A DNA stretch of 64,000 nucleotides from Octopus sinensis (GCF_006345805.1 NC_043013.1:2976001-3040000), one strand, 5' to 3'. Positions 1-12,870 are shown, counted from the first letter of the stretch. The notes: a model not told the origin generated them from the sequence alone. Numbers and translations: made by a program.

Positions 1-75
1 TTCCTGAGCGTTATACTAATACATCTGTTTGTACACCACCTGTCTTCGTCTTTTGTTTTTTTCGTAAACTCTCCC
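1..75 (+). mobile_element. 3' tail of Penelope-like (PLE) terminal-repeat remnant, cut by window edge
   Basis: ctgagcgttatactaatacatctgtttg...cctgtcttcgtc matches the sequence downstream of the hammerhead-like motif in the minus-strand copy at 55110-55290; followed by (TA)n. Confidence 0.5.
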
Positions 76-321
76 TATATATATATATATATATATATAT
101 GCATGTATATATATAAAATATAGCGCTTTCTAATTTCTTGTACTATCTTCGTTGAATTTGGTTCAGCAAAGTGGACTTATCTTAGATTCCGTATCCGACA
201 CATGATAAAAGCGTAGAGGTTTCTTCTTTTGAACTTGTCACAACGGTAGTCTCAACCGACACAAAACACCAAGTATTAATAATACAATGTAGGTTGAAAT
301 AAATGTTGTGCCAACTTGTAT

Positions 322-350
322 CACACACACACACACACACACACACACAC

Positions 351-398
<48 letters not shown>

Positions 399-457
399 CA
401 CACAAACACACACACAAACACACACGCACGCACACACACACACACGCAACACACACA
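322..457. repeat. (CA)n microsatellite
   Basis: Direct reading; source of the HT/CV ORFs in the track. Confidence 0.95.
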
Positions 458-984
458 GCCTTTACATGCCATATAGTATTAGTCAGATAGTATCTGCTAA
501 ACAGTGTCGAAAAATAATACATCGAACAAGTGCTCAAAAAACGGCTCGACAGTGAAAACCTTAAGAAGTCCTCATTCTGTGATGATGTCCCATCTGAACC
601 CAGAAGCACTGGAGTAGCATACCTCAACAATGATTTCGAAGAGAAACACTCTGCATATCACAAAAATGGATGCATCGGTTTGTTTCCCGTAAATGAAGAT
701 GACGATATTAACATAAAGTGTACCCTCTCTTGGTCGCGTTACCATTACATCGCGTTACGTCTCGAACATTATGCCTTTTGCAATCCAATGAAATATCAAA
801 TGTATAAAGGAGACAATGAGGTCCTTAATCTCTGCAGATGCAACTGTAAATGTCGACTATGTCACTCTTCTGTCGAGGATATAACACTTGTAACCGGAAC
901 TCTCCCCCAAAATGTCATCGATGTACGACTGCCTTCCACTGAGACATGGTGTCGTTGCTAAAGCATTATAAACAGAAAATACGA

Positions 985-1112
985 CCCTACCTTCGTTCAT
1001 TATTTACATTATTTATATTTGACGGATATTTGTCCTCATCTTGTTTGTTGTAAACACAACCTTTCGGCTGATATACCCTCCAGCCTTCATCAGGTGCCTT
1101 GGGGAAATAATA
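985..1112 (-). mobile_element. PLE-type terminal repeat remnant with hammerhead-like motif
   Basis: Minus strand carries CTGATGA...GAAA with paired stems; abuts (TA)n. Confidence 0.55.
1055..1096 (-). ncRNA. Minimal type-I hammerhead ribozyme motif, one lesion
   Basis: cac CTGATGA a GGCTG gagggtatat CAGCC GAAA g gt t gtg: stem I cac/gtg, stem II 5 bp; position 15.2 is G instead of C. Confidence 0.6.
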
Positions 1113-1113
1113 C

Positions 1114-1174
<61 letters not shown>

Positions 1175-1539
1175 ACGTGTGCTCGCGTATATGTGTATCA
1201 TCGTCGGCTGTTTTCTTCTGACCAAGAATTCCAGTTCCTTCATGACCCAGTGCGTCTACCATAATGAAGCTGACGACTAAGAATGCCTATACTCACATAA
1301 AACTAGTGGAAACAAAGATGGCGAAGTTGTTGTATCTTGCTTTCTTTAGGATTATTCACCAACTTTTCTTTTACTTGGAGTTCAAAATGGTTGTTCCGTA
1401 GTAATTGAGTGATAAAGAAGTACAAATTGGAGCGGTTCTGCGTTTCAGTTTCCCATGTTTTCGCTTCAATTCCAACAATTCTGAAGGCTGATTTTTATTA
1501 GATATTTATATATAACTTAGTTTCGGATCAAAACATAAC

Positions 1540-3040
1540 AGACCAAAATGTAGCCAGAGACGTACAGCCTAAAGGAAGCATCCAAAATCTCTCCAAACTG
1601 AACTTCCACAAAGCGGACTGGAAATCGATCCGAAAGTGATCCTAAGACGGGACTGGCCAAAATGTCTCTCCACACCAGACATTGGCATGAAACTAGAATA
1701 TTTTATGTCTGTTATGCAAACTATATGCCAGAAATACGTCCCAGAGCACAAGGCCAATACAAAAAGGGATTCCAAGATTCCAAGGGAGAGGAAGATCTTC
1801 ATGAGACGACGGATGAAGGTTGCAAATCGCTTCAATCACCATCCCAAAAGTAGTGAAAGGTCCCGCCTAAAAACAACGCAGATGGAGATTGAAAAAAGTC
1901 TGCGACAATCCTATGTGAGGTAGAGAGCAGACAAAGAAGCCTGGCCTGAAGTTAAACCCAAAGGCCTTTCATTATGCCAAATAAACAGCTTTAGTACGCT
2001 GTAAAATAGGACCCCTCTTCCAGAAGGATGGCTCCTTCACAGATAACCCAACCAGGATCAGTGAGGCTCAAAAGTGTCTTTACCACCCCGATGGAATACA
2101 GACAAGTGAACGACCCATTGGATTTCTTTGGCGCCTATAACCAGTGAGGCAGTTACGATGGATTACATCGTCATTGGTGAGGAAGATATAATACTAACCA
2201 CGGACGCAAACTCAATATCTGGTGCTGATGGTTTCCCAGCAACCTTCCTCAAATCGTTAAACGTGCCCTGGCAAAACCACTACAGATTCTCTGCCAGAGT
2301 TTTCTTGCAAATGGCAAGCTGCCAAACAAATTGAAGGAGGGAATAATATGCCTAATCCATAAAGCAGGAAGCTGAGCAGTTGCCAAAAATTATTGGCCTA
2401 TCTTTCTGACTTCACACCCCCGCAAAATCATGGAACGAATAGTCAGAGGAAATTAATCGCATTCCTCGAAGAAAAGGACTTACTGAGTGATACCCAGCAT
2501 GATTTTTGACCAGGTAGAAGCTGCCTAACCCAGCTCCTACAGCACTACGATGGGTGTTGAAGCAGTTACTCAACAACTCAAATGTGGACATAAAATACCT
2601 TGATCTTGCAAAAGATTTTGATAAAGTTGATCGTAGTATGATATATCACAAACTGCGTGATCTTGGCATAGCTGTAAATATTGAAGAGTGGTTACAAGAC
2701 TTTCTGAAAGATAGAATCAGACAGTGGTGACCAATGGCGCCACCTCAAAGAAAACACAAATAGTGAGTGGTGTTCCACAGGGCACTGTCTTGGGACCACT
2801 GCTTTGCATAGTGGCCGTCTCAGATATACCCTCAGCTGCCCAGATAGCCATCCTTGTTAGCAACGCAGACGATACGAAAATATTACAGAAAATACAAAAC
2901 GCTAGCGATGTTGCACGCCTGCACCAGAAGTTGGACGCAATTTACAGATGGACTGAAGACAATAAAATGCAGTTTAATACTGGAAAATTCAAAGCCCTGC
3001 GCTACCAGCGCCCAAAACTGAACGAAAAACTTTACAGGGT
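1540..3040 (+). mobile_element. Decayed CR1/L2-group LINE ORF2 (reverse transcriptase)
   Basis: Frame-broken translation gives LNFHKADW, NYWPIFLTSH..KIMERIV, QHDF.PGRSCLTQLL, YLDLAKDFDKVD, SGVPQGTVLGPLL and NADDTK (degenerate YADD). Confidence 0.9.
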
Positions 3041-3041
3041 A

Positions 3042-3176
3042 GACTGGCACTTTTTTAATCGACCCCGAAAGGATGAAAGGCAAAGACGACCTCGGCGGAA
3101 TTTGAACTCAGAACGTAACGGTAGACGAAATACCGCATGGCATTTCGCCCGGCGTGCTAACGATTCTGCCAGCTCG
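3042..3176 (-). mobile_element. SINE family B fragment (tRNA-like head + conserved body)
   Basis: Reverse complement begins cgagctggcagaatcgttagcacgccgggcgaaatg and contains gagttcaaattccgccgaggtcg...tttcatcctttcggggtcga. Confidence 0.8.
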
Positions 3177-3234
3177 ATTGATGGCATCGTTTGATGGTAA
3201 TGGCATTGAAGGTAGGCTAAGAAGGCGCTTACAA

Positions 3235-3480
3235 AAGTGGTGGTGATGGTGGTGGTGGTGGTGGTGCTGGTGGTGGTGGTGGTGGTAGCAGTGGTGTTGG
3301 TGATGGTTGAGGTTGGCGGTATTTGTAGTGACAGCGGCGGTGGTGGAGGTATTGTAGATGATGATTATGATGATGATAATGACGACGCCGGCGACGATGA
3401 CGACGGATGATGGTGGTGATGATGATGGTGGTGATGATGATGACGATGATGATGACGATGATGATGATGATGATTTAGAT
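3235..3480. repeat. (GGT)n/(GAT)n trinucleotide tract
   Basis: Direct reading; explains the His/Ser-run ORF at 3108-3602. Confidence 0.9.
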
Positions 3481-3799
3481 TGTAGGTGATGGGTAATGGT
3501 TCCGTCAGAGAAAGAGGTTTTGATGTGGATGGCGATACAGATAGATTGGATTACATAGAGGGTCGGTGTGAGGTGATAACGTATACTGTTGTGAAATACC
3601 ACCCAGGTTGTGTTTTGTCAATAGAATGAAGGTAATCTGTATGTAGGTCTGCTCGCTAAACCCCTCCCTCTTCTTCCCAGCCATCCCCTTCCGTCCCCAA
3701 TGACCCTTTAACCAACACTAAATACTAATCAAAAGAACGCCTGGACTATTTTTCTTCGCTGTTAAAGTTATTAACCCTGTCTTTTAGATGCTAATGGGT

Positions 3800-3906
3800 G
3801 TACACACACACACACACACATGCACACACACACATGCATACACATACACACACACGCACACACGCTCATCATATGTATAAGAATGTATGTATATCTGTAT
3901 ATATAC

Positions 3907-3937
<31 letters not shown>

Positions 3938-4220
3938 CATACATACATACATACATACATACACACATACATACATACATACATACATACATACATACAT
4001 ACATACACACATACATACATGCATACATACATACATACATACATACATACATACATACATACATACATACATACATACATACATACATACATGCATGTAT
4101 GATGTGTGTATGCGTATGTATTTTGACGAAGTTAGAAATTAGAAGGTACGCACAATTATATATACATGTACATACATGCCTACATACATACATACCTACA
4201 TACATACATACCTACATACA

Positions 4221-4254
<34 letters not shown>

Positions 4255-4294
4255 CATACATATATACATATATATATATATACACACACACACA

Positions 4295-4332
<38 letters not shown>
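3800..4332. repeat. Compound (CA)n/(CATA)n microsatellite
   Basis: Direct reading. Confidence 0.95.
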
Positions 4333-4336
<4 letters not shown>

Positions 4337-5445
4337 CGCATATCTAATATATAAGCGAAAACCCTTCCCATATGATATATTTACACACATAATATAGAAA
4401 CATGTACATAAACACATTATACATACAAAGACGGATACATATATTTACACTTTATTTGTACGTATATATGCGTATGTCTCTGCGTAAGTGTGTGTATATA
4501 TATATACATATATATATATGCGTATGCGTACGTATTCATAAGGATCAACACACCTATATCAGGAACGCACCCAGTTACTTCCTTCTCTAAATCCAGTTAT
4601 TGCAAACTGCGTAAGAAAGAAAACAAAGAAAGATCAAACGGAAGAAATTTCATAAAGAAAAATGGCTGCCTTCCATCTTCTCCTCTCTTCAGTTCGTGTG
4701 AATGAACTAAGAAACTGATAAGAATAGTTTATCCGGCCTCCACCTTGGCGTTCGTGTAATGGTGTCGGCGACACGGGAGTCAAGTGCAGCCTGTGAAAAC
4801 TTGTTACACAAGAGGGCGCTATTCTTTTTTCAATGAGAAACTAATGTAATTATAGTAATGTCTGTAGTGTAATGGCTGAAAAGATTTAGTTTTTTAACTA
4901 ATCCCCAATATATTTGTGCTGCTCATGAAATTAATGCTGACTAATGCTATCAGCAATTAGCTTTATATTTTTGCGTAACTGACATCGGTATTTTAATTGG
5001 TAAGTACTAGAGTCTGTGTACTTCTGTGTTTTTTTTTCTCCCTGAAAATGTGACTCGCCGAACAAAATGCTTCTTTCCACTCTTTATGTTCTGCGTTCAA
5101 ATTTCGCCCCGAGGTGAGGTCTGTCTTTCATCCTTTCGGGCTCGATAGAATAAGTACGAATTTCATACCGAGGTAGACGGCATCGAGTAATAACGAAGTG
5201 GAAGAGGAAAATAACATTGACAAGATCAACAACAAAACGTTGAGTTGTTTCAATGAAATGCCAACCGAAGCCACTGCTGACGCCATTATCAACGATGAAG
5301 AGAACAACGGTAGAAACAACAACAAGAATACAGAAAAAGCAAAATCAACAACAACAACAATTAGGAAAACAAGAATAACGCCAATAAATGTAGTTCATCA
5401 TTTGTAAGTGTTCTCAGCATCTAGACTGAACACTGGGATGAGTTC

Positions 5446-5612
5446 CAGGAGTGGCTGTGTGGTAAGTAGCTTGCTAACCAACCACATGGTTCCGGGTTCA
5501 GTCCCACTGCGTGGCACCTTGGGCAAGTGTCTTCTACTATAGCCTCGGGCCGACCAATGCCTTGTGAGTGGATTTGGTAGACGGAAACTGAAAGAAGCCT
5601 GTCGTATATATG

Positions 5613-5647
<35 letters not shown>

Positions 5648-5843
5648 TTGTCCCCTAGCATTGCTTGACAACTGATGCTGGTGTGCTTATGCCCCCGTTA
5701 CTTAGCAGTTCGGCAAAAGAGACCGATAGAATAAGTACTGGGCTTACAAAAGAATAAGTCTCGGGGTTGAGTTGCTCGATTTTAAGGCGGTGCTCCAGCA
5801 TGGCCGCAGTCAAATGACTGAAACAAGTAAGAGAGTAAAAGAG
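5446..5843 (+). mobile_element. SINE family A, full length
   Basis: Head ggagtggctgtgtggtaag (A-box-like), ggttcagtccc (B-box-like), ttgggcaagtgtctt body, internal TA/TG microsatellite, tail gactgaaacaagtaagagagtaaaagag; about ten relatives in the window. Confidence 0.9.
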
Positions 5844-5856
5844 TATACCTTTAGAT

Positions 5857-6186
5857 CAGTGGTTCTCAAACAATTTTTGCCTTGGACCCACTTTGATTCC
5901 TATTTTGCTCTCTTGGACCACCCTGGCCATTCAATGTGTGTAAGAAAAGTCCTATCGTGCTTCTATGATTAAATATTATTAAAAATTGAAGTATTTTGTG
6001 TATTGTAGAAGTATAAACAATTTAGAAAATTACTATTTTTAAATCTCCCAACGAGAGATATTCAGCAACAAGACTGCCATGTTATATTAGCAAACAATCT
6101 TTATAAACAATCTATTGCTTATAAATTAACAATAACATCTTATATGGACCTCCAAGGGCCATATGGACCCTGGCTGAGACCCACTG
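5857..6186. mobile_element. hAT-type MITE
   Basis: Termini cagtggttctca / tgagacccactg (imperfect TIR); 8-bp TSD ctttagat (5849-5856) / atttagat (6187-6194). Confidence 0.8.
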
Positions 6187-6639
6187 ATTTAGATGAAGAA
6201 TTCTGTAATAGCAACTCCAGAGAAGGATCTGAAATGCTCACCGAGAAACAGTCATCTACATGTGCTTATGTAATTTCCAAATGAAAACGAAGGGCGAAAA
6301 AACCTTCACTTGCGCAAACAAGTGAGTAGGGTGCCATTTCGTATCTCAGAAGAAAAGGAAAAACGTGAATCATTGGGAGTTTTGTTCTAAAGTGAAGAAG
6401 AAGTAAAATAGAACTCTTTCTAACCCAATGTCTCTTGGAGGAGTTTAGCTTAATTCTTACCAAAATAGGTTATCGATTCACAGAGATGACGACTCAAGTG
6501 TGCCATAAAATGTAAATCAGTAGATATGAATGGCAATTATTGAACAACATCGAACAATATTCCTTCTATGAGAAATGCCAGGAAACCTGAATGGAGATTC
6601 AAGTGGTGGTTGTACACGAAATTTTATTAAAATTCTCAG

Positions 6640-6750
6640 ACCAGTTACACATTGAAGGCATACAAACATGATGAGAGTAATAGAGAGTAGAAAGCCATTG
6701 TACTTCAATTGTGGTGAACCTCACCATCTGAAGTCTTTTTGTCATTTTGT
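6640..6750 (+). mobile_element. Possible decayed L1/Tx1-type ORF1 zinc knuckle
   Basis: Translates to ..HIEGIQT.. then RKPLYFNCGEPHHLKSFC, i.e. a CxxCx4Hx4C-like knuckle with the first C read as Y. Confidence 0.3.
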
Positions 6751-7639
6751 AAAGCAGCAGCTACAAAAGAAAACGTCCACAGCTACTTCTACATAAAAAA
6801 AACAACACAACTGCAACAACACCAACAAAACTAACTTTAACAACATAAACTACGTCAACAAAAAGTATAACAAAACAATAGTACTAGTAAAAACAGACTA
6901 CTAAATAAACGATCGCCCTTGAAACTCTTACAAACGCACCCGAGGAAAGCTCCCTCTCTTTAATGATAAAGAACATGAAACACGAGCGACGTAGCTGAAT
7001 GAGAAAGTTTTCCTTTGATCAGGTCTAAAAGGAGAATGATCACAAAATCCGAAAGGTTGAAGGCCTGGAGTTGCAGACGAGAAAGGTGTAACAGTGACGG
7101 ATGTGCAAGATGGCGATAAACGGGCACACTACAAACATAAACAGCAAAAATAACAGCGAAAACAACTACAAAAGTAGTATCAACAACAACAATAACAACA
7201 AACCCTCTTAAACTTCAACGGTTCTCACAAGAACAACAAAGAATTGATTCAATTCATGAATTACGAATTGCCATTAATAATAAAAGAGAAAAGAGACAGA
7301 TGGAGAGGTAATGGAAACTCTACTCTTAAAATCTGCGAAGGACAGACTATTGGTAATGATAAAACCAGGAATATATGGAACGAGGAGAAAGGAATTCTTA
7401 ATGGACGGTGGGTAATTTTAAATACCCCAAACCCAAAAGTAAAGTAAGGGACGTTCTCCATCTTTAATTAAAGGAATGTTGAGAGAGAATGTTGAGAGAG
7501 AAGGATGGCTACTGGCTGAATTGTTAACACATCTACGCTTAGGTGTACGAGCCATTTGCAAAGCCCGGATGTCTGAGCCGCTTCCACCCACGCTTATGAT
7601 TGAGTACAATGCTTACATTTTGCATGGTCAAAAAGTTTG

Positions 7640-8345
7640 AATGGTGTGGTAGTATCTTTCAGAACATAGATCTAAATCTGGAAATAGAGACGATCTTTCT
7701 GGACCTTGATAGTTGGTCAACAGTACTAAACGTAAGAAGTAGGTCAAAGCCTTCTCACAGGAAATCAGCAGAAGCATGTAATAAGCCCCCCCCCCAAAAA
7801 AAAACATGAAGCAATTGCAGAATATGCAAAGGTTGGGAAGAAACAATCACTCACGTTCTCTTCGGCTGCGCAATCTTAGCCAAGAAAAAATACATTTCCA
7901 AGTATGGCAGAGGTAGAGTTTTCATATATGGAAAGTTAAGTTATCGTTAAGAAACATCAAAAGTGGAAGGATAGTGAAACGGAATATTAGAAAAGGTCTC
8001 AGCGGAAGTGATTGTTCTTTTGGATATGCTAGTTCAATGACAGGGAGATCAAGGTTAATTAACTGGATAGTCTGGTGAAAATCCACCAAAAACGTATCCC
8101 CTCATTAAAATATCAGTAATAACAGATGACAATATAGTTTTTGAAGAAATAGAGAAATTATTAAAAATTACAGATCGAGAAATAGAAATAACCAGTATAT
8201 GGACCCTGAAAAAAGAAACAGCCCCAATAATATAGATACCTTACGGATGATTAAAATATGCAAATATATAATCAAGACATAAGGACTTAGAAGCATGCAC
8301 AACATTGACAAGGATATATTCTGGTACCACTTGAGACCTTTCCGC
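7640..8345 (+). mobile_element. Decayed R4/Dong-like non-LTR element, C-terminal CCHC + RLE region
   Basis: Frame-broken CRICKGWEETITHVLFGCAILAKKKY, VIVLLDMLVQ, ISVITDDNIVFEEIEKL, EIEITSIWTLKKET; similar to 63390-64000. Confidence 0.7.
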
Positions 8346-8360
8346 TTTAAGATAGATATT

Positions 8361-8536
8361 AATATTGGTTTCAAATTTTGGTACAAGTGGATAAGTCGAT
8401 TACATTGAGCCCAGTACTCGAGTGGTACTTATTTTATCGGCTCCGAAAGACGGAATTTGAACTCAGAACTGTAAGACGGACCAAATGCCGCTAAACCTTT
8501 TGCCCGGCCTGCTAACGATTCTGCGAGCTCACCGCC
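8361..8536 (-). mobile_element. SINE family B copy 1 of inverted array (internally deleted)
   Basis: Reverse complement of the ggcggtgagctcgcagaatcgttagc head and ...ccaaaatttgaaaccaatatt tail. Confidence 0.8.
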
Positions 8537-8568
8537 TTTAGATAGGTGTTAATATAAACATTTATAAA

Positions 8569-8782
8569 GACGGCGAGCTGGCAGAATCGTTAGTACATTG
8601 GACAAAATGCTTAACGGAATTTCGTCCTTCTTTTCACTCTGAGTTCAAATTCTACTGAGGTCGATTTTGCCTTTCTTCCTTTCGGGATACATAAAATAGG
8701 TACCGGTTGATTACTGGGGTGGATGTAATCGACTTATCCCCTCCCCCAAAACTGCTGGCCTTAGGTCAAACTTTGAGACTAA
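8569..8782 (+). mobile_element. SINE family B copy 2 of inverted array
   Basis: gacggcgagctggcagaatcgttag...ctgagttcaaattc...gtaatcgacttatcccctcccccaaaactgctggcc. Confidence 0.85.
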
Positions 8783-8786
8783 TAAT

Positions 8787-8969
8787 TATTTCAGATTTTG
8801 GCACAAGGCTAGCAAGAGGATAAGTTGATTACATCGCCCCCAGTATTCCTATTCTGAAAGGATGAAAGGTAAAGTCCACCCCAGCGGAATTTGAACTCGA
8901 TACGTGAAAACAGACGAAATGCCGGTAAGCATTTCACCCGGCGTGCTAACGATTCTGCCAGCTCGTCGC
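8787..8969 (-). mobile_element. SINE family B copy 3 of inverted array
   Basis: Reverse complement of the B head and type-1 tail. Confidence 0.8.
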
Positions 8970-9005
8970 GTCACACTTTGAAAGTAATATTGATATCTAT
9001 CTTAT

Positions 9006-9219
9006 GCGGCGAGCTGGTACAATCGTTACTGCGCCGGACAAAATGCTTTGCGACTTTTTTTCAGCTTTACGTTTTGAGCTCAAATGCGCCGGGATTGATT
9101 TTATCCTTCTTCCTTTCAAGATCGATAGAATAAGTACCAGTTGAGTACTAGGGTTGACGTAATCGACTTATTACCTTCCCCAAATTTTCTGTCCTTGTGC
9201 ATAGATTTGAAATCAATAT
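9006..9219 (+). mobile_element. SINE family B copy 4 of inverted array
   Basis: gcggcgagctggtacaatcgttac...gatcgatagaataagtaccagttgag...ccttgtgcatagatttgaaatc. Confidence 0.8.
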
Positions 9220-9237
9220 CTAGCGAAAGATAGATAG

Positions 9238-9240
9238 ATC

Positions 9241-9305
<65 letters not shown>

Positions 9306-9337
9306 ATCTATCCATCTATCTATCTATCTATCTATCC
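9238..9337. repeat. (CTAT)n microsatellite
   Basis: Direct reading. Confidence 0.95.
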
Positions 9338-10338
9338 ACATATATATAAGAGGGATGACCACTAAGTGGACATCCATATGCTAGAAGTCGACCCCTATGG
9401 TCTTACCACTAAGGAAGGAATGTTCTCAAGAAAATTTAGCAAACACCAGAACGTAAGCGAGCAAGACAAATGAAAAGATACAAAATATACAGATTAAACA
9501 CAAACCTGTTTCGTTGTTATCACTTACGTAATCACTTACGTAGATGTCCGCAAATCTTTAATGTGATCGTCATGGCAAACTATAATTTGCAGCACTATAC
9601 ACGGAACGTCCACATGAGTTTGAACATGTATATTGTTCTACCAATCATATTTGCGGTTATATTTCAAAAGTCTTCGTTTTGGCGCGTCAAAATACTGGAA
9701 ATAATTCTGCAGAAAATAATACCCTGCAGTGAATTTTGCCATTTTAGAGAACATGGTTATTTAAATTTAAATTTAAAATAATAAGGGTGAAAAAAATTAA
9801 CATTAATTTGATTAATATCAATTTAAAACCAGTTGACTAGCATATAGAAAAACCTGTAGATTCAGAAAAATTATATTACATATATATAAGAGGGATAACC
9901 ACTAAGTGGACATCCCACATATGTATATGTATATATGTTGACCTAGGAAAGACGGAGTTGACTAGGTTTAGAAATGTTTGGGACGCATGTCATGTCACCG
10001 CCCTACGCTTCTATCAAGAACTGAGAGCCCAAAGAAGGAAGGAAATATATACATACATAATACACACAGTCAAACGCATGCACGCACGCACGCATACACA
10101 CAAACACACGTTTTCATGATGGTTTATCCAGATAAGAAAGGACAGCCTCCATGACCTTCCTACAGTCAACGAGACAAGTGGCGGGTGAAAGGTTTGGAAT
10201 AAACCGCGATTCATAAATTCCTGAAGTAAGAATGAATTGCATCTTTATGTCGACTTATTCGCAGATGAGAGATTTGGGACGAATGCTTACAACAGGATGG
10301 AGTCTGCTTAAGAACAAACACACCCAGGTAGACACCCG

Positions 10339-10375
<37 letters not shown>

Positions 10376-10430
10376 ACACATACACACACATACACACACA
10401 TACACACACACACACACAGGTAGACAACCG

Positions 10431-10471
<41 letters not shown>

Positions 10472-10689
10472 ACACATACACACACACAAGTACATTAGAC
10501 GTGCATAACACCTAGACAGACGGACACGCACATCATATACATGAACACACGAACATATACACACAGGGAGAATGCATACACTGACACATACAAACACATA
10601 CAGAGAGTAGAAAAAGATTTGGAGAGTGACAGGGAGAGAGCGAGAGGGGGAGAGAAGGAGGGAGGGTGTATGTGTTTGTGTAAGTGTGA

Positions 10690-10962
10690 GTATGTGGCTT
10701 AGTGGTCAGGGTATTTGGTTTACGGTCGTAAGGTTGTGAGTTCGATTCCCGGCGGCAAGTTGTGTCTTTGAGCCTTATTTCATGGCGATCCAGTCCATTC
10801 AGCTGGCGAAAATGAGTTGCATCTCTAATTCAAAGGGCCAGCCTTGTCACATTCTGTCTCACACTGAATCTCCCTGAGAAATATGCTGAGGTTACACGTG
10901 TCTGTGTAGTGCTCAGCCATTTGCACGTTAATTTCACGAGCCTGTCGTCGCGTAACGAATGC
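10690..10962 (+). mobile_element. SINE family D
   Basis: A-box-like gtggcttagtgg, B-box-like gagttcgattcc; body gggccagccttgtcacattctg...tgaatctccctgagaa is shared in reverse with 20378-20691. Confidence 0.75.
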
Positions 10963-11654
10963 CAGTTATGTGTGAGTGTCAGAGTGTATGTGTTAGAATC
11001 TGTGTGTATGTGCGTGTTAGTGTGTTTGCGACAAAATAAAATAGTTATAGACGTGACAAGTTCTGAATCTGTTTCTGTCTGCAACTGCTTCTTTCCCAGA
11101 ATATATCTACACCGTATCTCTCAACCAGGCTTCTTCAACAGGGTATCATCGATCTTTGTTTACACTTCAAATTCAAAATACAAACTATTAACATCAAGCT
11201 AAAATATTATATTTTATAGAACTTAATGACATAATCCAATAAAACGTTTTCTCCATTATCAGTAATAGTCCACGTCATCCATTGTTCTCTCGGTTTTCAC
11301 TGAAATATATAATAGTCGGTGCACACTTATCAGTTTCTCAGCAATACGTGGAAGATCATTCATCCAAAAGAATTGCTCAAAGAGCGTCCACTTTAAACCA
11401 GGAAAGCAGAAACGCAAGATGTGATCATTTCTGATTAAGAAGGAAGAAACGTAGTCAATGAACGGTCATCGAGGAAGACAGTAGAATTTCATTAAATGGG
11501 AACAATGAATGTTCTATACTTATAATATGGCGAAATTATAAAACACTCGGAAATTGAATGATTAGATAATTTCATTCAACTTAACCTAAATATATGAATG
11601 TGTATGTATATCTGAATGTGTGTGTGCGAGTGTGCGCATGTAAATGTGTGTGTG

Positions 11655-11686
<32 letters not shown>

Positions 11687-11701
11687 CATATTTTCAATAT
11701 G

Positions 11702-11915
11702 TGACCTCGTGAGTACCGCTGGCGATTTTTTCCCTCTGTCTTCCCTTCTCGGGATCTTTCCTTCTCCTATGTTTCCGACGAAGAGCTCCGCTCGAAACGT
11801 TAAACCCTCTTTCTTCCCTTCTTTCCTGAGCGTCCAATAATACTTTATTTGTTCCACGTCCTCGCGTTGTTGTGTTTTTTTGGGGTTTTTTTGTGTTTTC
11901 TTGTTTGGATTAACA
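11702..11915 (+). mobile_element. PLE-type terminal repeat remnant, same family as 37067-37272
   Basis: Aligns by eye along its length with 37067-37272; (TA)n on both sides. Confidence 0.7.
11771..11805 (+). ncRNA. Minimal hammerhead motif with U4-to-C core substitution
   Basis: gttt CCGACGA a GAGC tcc GCTC GAAA c gt t aaac. Confidence 0.6.
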
Positions 11916-11931
11916 ATATATATATATATAT

Positions 11932-12230
11932 ATTCTTTTACGTGTTTTAGTCAGTTGACAGCGGTCATGCTGGAGTACCGCCTAAAGGGTTTTAGTTGAA
12001 GCAATCCTCAACGAGGTTTTTGCGGAAAATTGCACAAATCTGTCCTGATCAAGAGGCCTATCAGTTGGGGAAGGCATGGTTTCACATGGAATAAACAAAA
12101 ATTTATATAAGACATTCTAACGTAAAAATAGCCCAGCAACGACGTGCTATTCAGCTAGTATATACATATACGACGGGCTTCTTTCGGTTTCAGTCTACCA
12201 AATCCACTCATAAGGTTTTGGTCGGCCCAA
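11932..12230 (-). mobile_element. SINE family A remnants split by a ~150-bp insert with a Helitron-like 3' end
   Basis: A-family pieces at 11932-12010 and 12160-12230; the insert ends gcccagcaacgacgtgc-tattcag-CTAG-t (12131-12159). Confidence 0.5.
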
Positions 12231-12607
12231 CCATATACAGAAACGTTTTCCTACAGAAAACTCATGTACAGTTCTACAAAATATATTTGTTGTATTTTTC
12301 AAATGTCTTCATTTTGGCGCGCTAGTGTATAGTTTTCTGAAATATGTTTTGAAATACAACAGGATACGGTGAGGATTTACAGATACTTGCATTTTGCGTA
12401 TGTTAATAATGAAATCATGATACGTAGGTAATCATTTTATTTTGTATATTTTCATTTGTCTTGCTTACTTTTTACATTCTGGTACTTTGCTGAGATTTTT
12501 TTGTTGAGAACACACTCTTTGTGGTAAGGCAATTTGACGTCTATCTTTAGCTTACAGGAATCCACTTTAGTGGTCATTCCTCTTATTAGTTGCACATATA
12601 TATATAG

Positions 12608-12664
<57 letters not shown>

Positions 12665-12679
12665 TATAAGTATGTGTCA

Positions 12680-12870
12680 GTGCGTGTCCCCCACCACCGC
12701 TTTAAACCGATGTTAGTGTGTTTACGTCCGCGTAACTTAGTGGTTCGGTAAAAGAGACCGATAAACACTGAGAACTATGCTTATAACAAATAAGTCCTGG
12801 GGTCGATTTGTTCGACTAAAGGTGGAGCTCCAGCATGGCCGCAGTCAAATGACTGAAACCAGCAAAAGAT
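12680..12870 (+). mobile_element. SINE family A, 3' half
   Basis: gtaacttagtggttcgg...aataagtcctggggtcgatttg...gcagtcaaatgactgaaac. Confidence 0.8.

Noticed and set aside
2724-3194. 156-aa ORF as an intact gene
   Set aside because: It is a chimera of a decayed CR1-type RT segment and read-through into an antisense SINE B.
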